Shown here piece after piece: positions 57,723 to 64,000 of a DNA stretch of 64,000 bases. Made by a program: the position numbers and the translations under genes. Where the stretch lies: contig DASPQV010000042.1 in the NCBI GenBank assembly GCA_035624785.1, positions 999-64,998 of the forward strand. Direction: 5' to 3'. Source of the stretch: Candidatus Binatia bacterium (GTDB taxonomy: Bacteria > Chloroflexota > Dormibacteria > Aeolococcales > Aeolococcaceae). Positions within the stretch are counted from its first letter, which is position 1. Every line of letters starts with the position of its first letter. The notes below the pieces were generated by a model, which ran no database searches, was not told where the DNA came from, and worked only from the letters and a program-made list of their open reading frames with translations.

Positions 57723-59576
57723 TCAGGCGGCGTGGTGGCCCAGGCCCGCGCCCAGGGGGCGGTCCTCGCAGAGCAGACGGTGCACCTCGGCGGGGGGCAC
57801 CGGCCGGGAGAACAGGAAACCCTGGTAGGCGTCGAGGCTGTGGCCCTCGAGCCGCATCAGCTGCTCCTCGGTCTCCACGCCCTCGGCGATCACCCGGAGC
57901 CCGAGGCTGCGTCCCAGGGTCACCAGGGCGCAGAGCAGAGCGCCGGGATCGGGAACCGTCTCCGTCCCGGCCTCGTCGAGAAGGAAGCTGCGGTCGATCT
58001 TGATGGTGCTGACCGCGAGGTGATGGAGCTTGCCCAGGTTCGAGTACCCGGTGCCGAAGTCGTCCAGGGAGATGGTCACCCCCCGGCTGGCCAGGGCCCG
58101 GAGGACCTCGGAGGCTGCATGGGAGTCGACCATGGCCGCCGACTCCGTGATCTCCAGCTCGAGGACGTTGGGCGGCGTGTCCGTCTCGCCGAGGCAGTCC
58201 AGCACGGTGGTGACCAGGCTGCGGTCGAGGAGCTGGCGGGATGAGACGTTGACCGCGACGCGGATGCGGCCCAGCCCTTCACGCCGCCACTCGGCAGCCT
58301 GGGAGAGGGCGGAGCGGAGCACAAAGCGGCCGATGTCGGCGATGACACCCACGTCCTCCGCGATGGGGATGAATCGACCCGGGGGCACCTCGCCGAGCAC
58401 CGGGTGGTGCCAGCGGCAGAGCGCCTCCAGCCCGACGATGCGCCGTGATTGGGCGTCGACCTCGGGCTGGAAGACGACGCTGATCTCGCCCCGGTCGAGA
58501 GCGAGGGGAAGCTGCTGCTCGATGAGCAGACGATCCTCGGCCTCCTCGGAGAGCGCCATCTCGAAGCGGAGCAGCCGCTCTGCGGTGGACCTGGCCCCCC
58601 GCTCCGCCATCGCCGCGTGCCGCATCAGGGTCTCGGCGCTGTCCCCGTCCGAGGGAGCGACGACGATGCCGATGCTGGCGCTGAGGCGCAGGTCGCCGCC
58701 CGTCTCGCTGCAGGGGGACGAGATGGCCGCGATGATCGAGCGGGCCATGTAGACGGCCTCCTCGACGAAGACCAAGTCGGGGAGGAGGACGGCGAACTCG
58801 TGGTCCGACCAGCGGGCGACCATCCAGGCCCGCTGCGCAGCGCTCCGCTTGAGGGCGTCAGCGGTCTCTTCGGCGCTGCCGACCGCGACCTCGACGCAGT
58901 CGGACACCCGCTCGGCCATCTCGGTTATGAGCCTCTCGCCGGCCTCGTGGCCGAGGGTCTCGATCACGGTGCGGAGACGCTCGACGCCGATGAGCAGGAC
59001 ACCGGTCGAGCGACCCGAGGGGCGGGCGGCGGGGAGCTCGGCCCCCAGGCGCCAGCGGAAGGCGGAGCCATTGGGCAGCCCGGTGGCCCGGTCGTGGGAC
59101 GCGTCGAACTCCTTCTCCCGGGCGATGCGGTCGCGCTCCGAGGCCCAGCGGGTGACGTCGATGCCGACCGAGGTGACCGCGGCGGGATGGCCGCTGTCGT
59201 CGAAGCTCGGGCAGGCGGACCAGGCGACGATCCGGGTGCGGCCGTCGCGCGCCCGGAGCGGAAGCTCGATGCAGCCGGCCTCCTCACCGTCCCGGAGAGC
59301 GCGATCGAAGGCGCGCTGGGCGCGCCGACGGTGCTCGGCCGGGACCAGGGCCTCGTGCCACAACCGCCCCGCCAGCTGCCCCCATTCCCATCCGCCCAGG
59401 GAGAGCAGGTCCGCGTTGGCGAACGCAAGCCGCCCCCCCGGGTCGGTGATCATCGCCAGGATCTGATTCGCCCTGCCCGGGCGCTCATCCCCGCTTGCAA
59501 ACTCCGGATGGCACCGCGGCCCTTCGGCAAGCATCGGGTGCGACCTCTCCGTACTCCGCCGTTCTCCCCCCGGCAT
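57723..59576 (-). CDS. PAS - degenerate GGDEF - EAL protein (c-di-GMP phosphodiesterase)
   Basis: PAS-like N-terminus. The GGDEF domain starts RATGLPNGSAF but its signature reads SDHEF instead of GG[DE]EF. EAL domain has EALCRWHHP, ELEITE, DDFGTGYS, KIDRSF, EGVETEEQ. Confidence 0.85.
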   Translation of the reverse strand: MPGGERRSTERSHPMLAEGPRCHPEFASGDERPGRANQILAMITDPGGRLAFANADLLSLGGWEWGQLAGRLWHEALVPAEHRRRAQRAFDRALRDGEEAGCIELPLRARDGRTRIVAWSACPSFDDSGHPAAVTSVGIDVTRWASERDRIAREKEFDASHDRATGLPNGSAFRWRLGAELPAARPSGRSTGVLLIGVERLRTVIETLGHEAGERLITEMAERVSDCVEVAVGSAEETADALKRSAAQRAWMVARWSDHEFAVLLPDLVFVEEAVYMARSIIAAISSPCSETGGDLRLSASIGIVVAPSDGDSAETLMRHAAMAERGARSTAERLLRFEMALSEEAEDRLLIEQQLPLALDRGEISVVFQPEVDAQSRRIVGLEALCRWHHPVLGEVPPGRFIPIAEDVGVIADIGRFVLRSALSQAAEWRREGLGRIRVAVNVSSRQLLDRSLVTTVLDCLGETDTPPNVLELEITESAAMVDSHAASEVLRALASRGVTISLDDFGTGYSNLGKLHHLAVSTIKIDRSFLLDEAGTETVPDPGALLCALVTLGRSLGLRVIAEGVETEEQLMRLEGHSLDAYQGFLFSRPVPPAEVHRLLCEDRPLGAGLGHHAA

Positions 59577-60051
59577 CCGCCGGGCTTGTTGCCCGGATAT
59601 GGTGGCCTGGGACGATGGGCGTGAAAGACGCTCTCAACCAGCCTGGCGCGTCCAGGCGACACCAACGTCATCGTCACCACATCAGATGGCCTCCTGTGAC
59701 GCCACGTTGCTGAGACCTCTCATCTGCGCTCAGCGGGGCGGGAGACGGGGGTGGGCGGGGCCGTCGGCGACGGGGGCCGGCCCGACTCAGGCGGTCAGCC
59801 CGCTTCCCCGGGCGGCGCTCACCGGCGTCCCGGGTGACGGGGCAACCTCAGAGCGTAGCGATCCTCCCGATCTCCCACCATCGCCTCATATGAATCAATC
59901 AAGTTCATCGCCGCCACCCAACCGCGTTACCGGCCTGTAGCCGGATGGGCCGAGACATCGTCAGACGGTCTGCCTCAGCCTACCCGGTGGCGTCTAGTGC
60001 ATTTGAACTAGTTGCCCCATCAGATCAGAACCAGGAAAGGAACCGAAGATC

Positions 60052-60711
60052 ATGGAAAGGCTCAGGAGAAGGCGGTCACTCCGGCTGGCGTTCACCCTCA
60101 GCACCGCCGTCGCCGGCTGCGCACTGGTGGGGTGGGGTGGGTTGTCGGCCTGGCAGGCCTACACCGTCAACGCCGGCAACCAGGTGGCGGCGGGCACCCT
60201 CGCCCACAGCAACGGGGCGAGCTGCGTCTCCCTTCTCGGCACGATCCCGACGAGCTCAGGGACCGGCTGGTGCTCGGCCGCGGTGACCATCTCCGGCGTC
60301 GACCCGGCGAACTGGACCGGAACCACCGGCACCATAGCGATCGCCAACACCGGATCGCTGCAGAGCACCTTCGCCCTCAGCATGGGGACGGGAGCTCAGA
60401 CACCGACCGGCGGCCTCTGCGCCGACGTGACCCTGCAGGTGACTGATCCGAACCACGCCGCGCCGGACTCGACCGGCCAGGTGTGGGCAGCCACAGCTCT
60501 CACCGGGACGTTCACGGCTGCCAACCTTTACAACAACGCTGCGACGCCCAGCCTGACGTGGACCGGCGGCGGCGCGCAGGGTTCGGGCTCGGGCGCGACC
60601 GGTGACACCTTCACCGTGACGGTGGCGCCCGGTGCCGGTTTCAACACCCACTCCACCGACGCGGGGACGAGCTGCAGCTTCGGGCTGCTCTTTACCCAGA
60701 CAGCGGCCTGA
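60052..60711 (+). CDS. TasA/camelysin-like secreted protein, paralog 1
   Basis: N-terminal RRRRSLRLAFTLSTAVAGCALVGWGGLSAWQAYTVNAGN resembles a SipW-cognate-type signal (compare TasA LVGGGTWAAFND). Internal IANTGSLQSTFALSMG resembles the TasA N.GSL motif. Thr/Gly/Ala-rich, 219 aa. Strong SD AGGAAAGGAA. Confidence 0.6.
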   Translation: MERLRRRRSLRLAFTLSTAVAGCALVGWGGLSAWQAYTVNAGNQVAAGTLAHSNGASCVSLLGTIPTSSGTGWCSAAVTISGVDPANWTGTTGTIAIANTGSLQSTFALSMGTGAQTPTGGLCADVTLQVTDPNHAAPDSTGQVWAATALTGTFTAANLYNNAATPSLTWTGGGAQGSGSGATGDTFTVTVAPGAGFNTHSTDAGTSCSFGLLFTQTAA

Positions 60712-60723
60712 GGCAGGACGCCA

Positions 60724-61404
60724 GTGACTACGCATGAGTTCAAGGAGATGAGGACCATGGAGAAGCGCATGGGCAGGCGATCCCTGAAGGTCGCCCTGGT
60801 GGCCTTCACGGCGGTCGCAGGGACCGCGCTGGTCGGCTGGGGCGGGTTGGCGGCCTGGAACGCCTACACAGAGAACGCGGGGAACAGCGTGGCGGCCGGC
60901 ACCCTCACCCACAACAACTACGTGAGCGCCAACTGCGCCTCCAACCTGGGGACGGTCCCGGTTTCGAGCGGCCCTGGCTGGTGCTCCGCCTTCATCACGG
61001 TAACCAATGTCGACCCGGCGGCTGGCCTGCCAGTCACCGGCAACGTCAAAATCGATAACACCGGCTCATTGCAGAGCACATTCGCGATGAGCATGCCGGC
61101 GGCGGCGGTGGGGACCGGGGGAACGATCTGCCAGGACCTGACCTTGTCGATGACCGACAAGAACGGCACCAACGTCTACCCGGCCGCCGCTCTTAGCACC
61201 CAGATGGGCTCGACGAGCCTCAAGAACAACGCGGCGACGCCGTCGACGACCTGGTCGCCCAACGGGGTGGCCGGAACCGGCTCAGGTGCCACCGGCAACA
61301 CCTTCACCTTCACAGTGGCAGCGGGCGGCGGCTTCGCGAACGACTTCGCTGACGCGGGCCAGAGCTGCAGCTTCAACATCCTCTTCACCCAGACTGCGGC
61401 CTGA
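60724..61404 (+). CDS. TasA/camelysin-like secreted protein, paralog 2
   Basis: Same architecture as paralog 1: ...ALVGWGGLAAWNAYTENAGN...IDNTGSLQSTFAMSMP...; about 50% identical by eye. True start is probably an internal ATG (MEKRMGRRSLK...). Confidence 0.6.
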   Translation: MTTHEFKEMRTMEKRMGRRSLKVALVAFTAVAGTALVGWGGLAAWNAYTENAGNSVAAGTLTHNNYVSANCASNLGTVPVSSGPGWCSAFITVTNVDPAAGLPVTGNVKIDNTGSLQSTFAMSMPAAAVGTGGTICQDLTLSMTDKNGTNVYPAAALSTQMGSTSLKNNAATPSTTWSPNGVAGTGSGATGNTFTFTVAAGGGFANDFADAGQSCSFNILFTQTAA

Positions 61405-61423
61405 GATCCCTCCTGGACCGATC

Positions 61424-61463
61424 GAGAGGCCGGGCGGTGCGCCGCCCGGCCTCTCTCTTTGTG
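61424..61463 (+). terminator. rho-independent terminator after the TasA-like pair
   Basis: GAGAGGCCGGGCGG-TGCG-CCGCCCGGCCTCTC: a perfect 14-bp stem and 4-nt loop, followed by TCTTTGTG. Confidence 0.8.
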
Positions 61464-61714
61464 CCGTTGACAGCGGCAGGCGGGTGCTAGCCGGTGGGTG
61501 CGCGGTGGCCCAGTCGCCGTACACCCGGGGCAGCGGAGGCAGGATCTGGATCCCCTCATCGGCGCGGACCAGGTCCCAGCCGGCCTCGTGCACCTTCCAG
61601 TGATGGTGCCGGCGGATCAGGACAACGTTGGTGAGCTCACTCGGTTGCGCTCCCGGCCCCCCGCGCTTATCTGCCGTGGCCCCGAGGCCCGTTTTCACCG
61701 TCGTGCGAGGGAGC

Positions 61715-62038
61715 TCACCCTCCAGCCGGAGCACTCCCCGGAAGAGGATCGCGCCAGTACCAGCGGTGGATCTTCTCAGCGAACTCCCGCGTACCAGCTG
61801 CCGGGTGCCCGAGGCCGAAATGGTGGCTCATCTGCTGATCGAGGAAGGACTCCAGCTGGTCTTGGGACATGCCCCCACGGAGCTGGCCGATTACTCCGAG
61901 AAGGCAGTCATACTCGTCTGGAGGGGCAGGATGTGACGTCCCGTACACCCCGATTGGATCCCACTCGGCAAGGATCGCCCGAAGCTCCGTTTGCTTCTGG
62001 CGCAGCGCGTACTTGTGGCGCGAAATGTCGTCGGGCAC
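61715..62038 (-). CDS. small hypothetical protein (107 aa)
   Basis: ORF in the lower-GC islet. LRAILAEWDPIGVYG...PDEYDCLLG, acidic and cytosolic-looking. Possible family match (a WDPIG-containing DUF), unverified. Confidence 0.45.
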   Translation of the reverse strand: MPDDISRHKYALRQKQTELRAILAEWDPIGVYGTSHPAPPDEYDCLLGVIGQLRGGMSQDQLESFLDQQMSHHFGLGHPAAGTREFAEKIHRWYWRDPLPGSAPAGG

Positions 62039-62211
62039 TATCGACAGACTAGCAGCGTCGCCGACGAGTGCTTAGAGCATCCCTACCTCCTTTTGGTGAA
62101 AGCCTGCAGGCCACCGTTGCACGGACGGCAGAGTCGGTCCTCGAGACGGATAGGGAAGCGTCTAGATTGACCAACTTGATCAGATTGGCCGCCTCATTCC
62201 AGGGTAGGGAA

Positions 62212-62239
62212 GGGGATGTGTTAAGGACGTGCGAGGTTG
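62212..62239 (+). repeat. 28-bp conserved element, copy 1 (SD + ATG-TGT-TAA mini-ORF)
   Basis: GGGGATGTGTTAAGGACGTGCGAGGTTG. The TTG at its 3' end is the start of ORF 62237. Confidence 0.6.
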
Positions 62240-62728
62240 ACCGAGGTCACCCGGCCTCAGCCGGAACCCGGGTCGGTCGCATACTCTCCGCGAGTGCGAG
62301 AACGAGACGAGTACGAGTCCGGTTGGGCCGAGCTGGGGCGCCGGCGACTGGCGGGCGAACTTTCAACGCCCGAAGCCTCTGCCCTCGCGCTGACAAGCAT
62401 TAGGCGCATAGCCCAGCGGATCGTCGCCAGCGACGCGGACCTGTTGCGCGCCGCGGTAGGCATCTACTTCTTCGCTTGGTTCGGAGGAGACTGGGACGAT
62501 GATCAACCAGCCGAGGAGCTGAAGCACTGGGGTGCTGAGTTCATCCAACTCGCCGATGCGTTGGAATGCAACCAGGACGACGAAGCATCGCGCGAGGCCT
62601 GGACTGCGTTCATCCGCAAGGCAGCTACCGCTGGTTTGGCTGGTGAGGAGTTCCCGGCTTGGAGCGATGCCCCCAGTGCTCGTCCGCCTCATCGAGGCTT
62701 CCCGGAGCCGGAGGAGGGGATGTGTTAA
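62237..62728 (+). CDS. hypothetical protein (163 aa, acidic, Trp-rich)
   Basis: TTG start embedded in repeat copy 1. Ends ...EEGMC, whose last two codons plus the stop are the mini-ORF of repeat copy 2. Confidence 0.45.
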   Translation: MTEVTRPQPEPGSVAYSPRVRERDEYESGWAELGRRRLAGELSTPEASALALTSIRRIAQRIVASDADLLRAAVGIYFFAWFGGDWDDDQPAEELKHWGAEFIQLADALECNQDDEASREAWTAFIRKAATAGLAGEEFPAWSDAPSARPPHRGFPEPEEGMC

Positions 62729-62743
62729 GGACTTGTGAGGTTG
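62716..62743 (+). repeat. 28-bp conserved element, copy 2
   Basis: GGGGATGTGTTAAGGACTTGTGAGGTTG (25/28 identical to copy 1). Confidence 0.6.
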
Positions 62744-62753
62744 CTCGCCTAGA

Positions 62754-63266
62754 TCACCCCAGTGCATCCGCGAGGGATCGCGCTGCGTCGAGGAGCGCTG
62801 CCAATCGCCCCTCCCAGTCTGAGCCCTCGACGCCCAGAACCGCCAAGTTCGGTCGCACCAGCCATCGCTCACCGAATGGCGCCATCACCCACTCCACATG
62901 GAGCGGCACACCGATCGCCTCCATCTCACTGAAGTGGGAGCGGGCGCGGTCAACATGGCTGGACAAGGCCTGCATTTGGGCGTGAAAACGTTCGTTCTCA
63001 GCCAGCGTCCAAGCCTCCCCGATTGGAAGGTACTCTTGCCACCGCGGGTGGCGTCGAGCCTGACGCCCAGGGCGACATCCCTTCCATGGTGCGTGCTTCC
63101 TCGCGCCGGGCTGAGGAGCGTGCAGCCCTACCCACTCCCAGTCATCGATACGTTCGCGGAGTTCCCAGTCCTCAAGGTCACCCTGCCTGCGCAGCCAGAA
63201 CCAGAAGTTGAGCACCTCACTGACGTCCTCCTCCCAGAAAAACGTGGAGCCGCCGGGAACGAACAT
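62754..63266 (-). CDS. hypothetical protein (170 aa, Trp/Glu-rich)
   Basis: MFVPGGSTFFWEEDVSEVLNFWFWLRRQGDLEDWELRERIDDWEW... has protein-like composition. The plus-strand alternative is S/R/P-rich. Confidence 0.45.
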   Translation of the reverse strand: MFVPGGSTFFWEEDVSEVLNFWFWLRRQGDLEDWELRERIDDWEWVGLHAPQPGARKHAPWKGCRPGRQARRHPRWQEYLPIGEAWTLAENERFHAQMQALSSHVDRARSHFSEMEAIGVPLHVEWVMAPFGERWLVRPNLAVLGVEGSDWEGRLAALLDAARSLADALG

Positions 63267-63387
63267 GAGAACGACTCTATGCGATCACTGAGGGGCTGAG
63301 CGGGTGGCAGCAGTGCAATCCATTCAGACCGTGGCTAGTCGTGTGTTGCCCAGCCTTCCGGTTCGGCCCCGGCCTCCTCGGGGCTCA

Positions 63388-63415
63388 GGGGATGTCTTGA
63401 GGATTGACGAGGTTG
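63388..63415 (+). repeat. 28-bp conserved element, copy 3 (ATG-TCT-TGA mini-ORF)
   Basis: GGGGATGTCTTGAGGATTGACGAGGTTG (21/28 identical to copy 1, same SD-ATG-codon-stop-...GAGGTTG layout). Confidence 0.5.
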
Positions 63416-63515
63416 GTCAGCCCGGATGTGACAGCGATCGCTACCATGCCTGCCAACGATCCCAGGAGGTCTCGCAGACCTGGCCAGATTCGATCGTGCC
63501 GCGGCAATCTCGGCG

Positions 63516-64000
63516 GTGAGCCGACTTCGGCCCGAGGCTCGGGTTGCGTTCGCCGCGCTCGCAGCTGAGAGGCTGCTTCCGTACTACCGGCAGTTTCACG
63601 CGGAGACCCGCTGGGGAAGTGCGGGGCCTCTCGAGCGAGCTATCGACCTTGCTTGGGAGCACGTGACCATTCACCGCGTCTCCCACGAAGTCCTTCACGA
63701 GGCCTGCGGAGCGTGCGAGTTGGTCGTACCTGACACTGACGACTTCAGTACCCCCCTCGCTTCCCGGGCGCTAGACGCTGCGAGTGCCGCCCTCAGCGCC
63801 CTCCGGGCTTGCGAGAATCCGGCGCCGGAGATCGCCGCCGCGGCGGCCGAGAGCGCATGGGAGGCCGCCTTCGGGGCGGCCCAATTGAGACATGCGGTCA
63901 ACCCAGACGGCGTGCTGATCGCAACGCCCAAACAGCTCACCATCGCGGCGGCGAGCGATCTGGTCCGGCGCGAAGAAGCAGCTCAATCTGGTGCGCTCCG
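63516..64000 (+). CDS. hypothetical protein, 5' portion (runs off window end)
   Basis: Open frame from the stop at 63429-63431 to the window end. GTG at 63516 (CTG alternatives at 63450 and 63480, with AGGAGG at 63464-63469). Translation ...AAERLLPYYRQFHAETRWGSAGPLERAIDLAWEHV... is protein-like. Not in ORF track because it has no stop. Confidence 0.35.
   Translation, partial: MSRLRPEARVAFAALAAERLLPYYRQFHAETRWGSAGPLERAIDLAWEHVTIHRVSHEVLHEACGACELVVPDTDDFSTPLASRALDAASAALSALRACENPAPEIAAAAAESAWEAAFGAAQLRHAVNPDGVLIATPKQLTIAAASDLVRREEAAQSGAL

Noticed and set aside
62207-62260. Integron attC / gene-cassette interpretation of the 28-bp element (contains GTTAAGG resembling the GTTRRRY core)
   Set aside because: The last core base is a purine in two copies. 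I could find no complementary RYYYAAC inverse core or extended imperfect palindrome upstream of the cassettes. No intI gene is in the window. I kept the cassette-array idea only as a loose analogy.
62659-62985. Plus-strand ORF 62659..62985 (108 aa) downstream of repeat copy 2
   Set aside because: It is S/R/P/A-rich and overlaps the more protein-like minus-strand 170-aa gene. It is probably a non-coding frame.

Overview
High-GC (~70%) bacterial chromosomal window. Bases 1-17,050 (minus strand) hold one contiguous translation super-operon, reading from a candidate promoter near 17,070 down to the window edge: [15 protein letters not shown] fused directly to the S10, spc and secY-adk-map blocks. 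It is flanked by an RtcB RNA ligase and an SDR oxidoreductase, then by the divergently oriented rplJ-rplL-rpoB-rpoC on the plus strand. Several r-proteins carry long low-complexity acidic or Ala/Pro tails (L22, S3, L29, L30). L24 has a Cys4 zinc-ribbon C-terminus, and beta-prime carries a ~140-aa lineage-specific insertion. From 29.3 kb on the window is accessory: two-component systems, one of them a GAF-HisKA protein that stops before its ATPase domain, and a tandem pair of paralogous 12-TM-like membrane proteins. Further on come a ParA/ParB-like/coiled-coil/ParA/DUF4388-like cluster, two CpaF/TadA-type ATPases flanking a REC-EAL phosphodiesterase, and a CAP-domain protein next to an ABC/FtsX/lipoprotein export module. 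The region ends with a PAS-GGDEF(degenerate)-EAL protein and two tandem TasA/camelysin-like secreted proteins. The last ~2.5 kb is a lower-GC islet of small hypothetical genes, each associated with a conserved 28-bp element that contains a Shine-Dalgarno sequence plus a two-codon start-stop mini-ORF. I saw no rRNA, tRNA or CRISPR array. All family assignments come from motif reading by eye, not from database searches.
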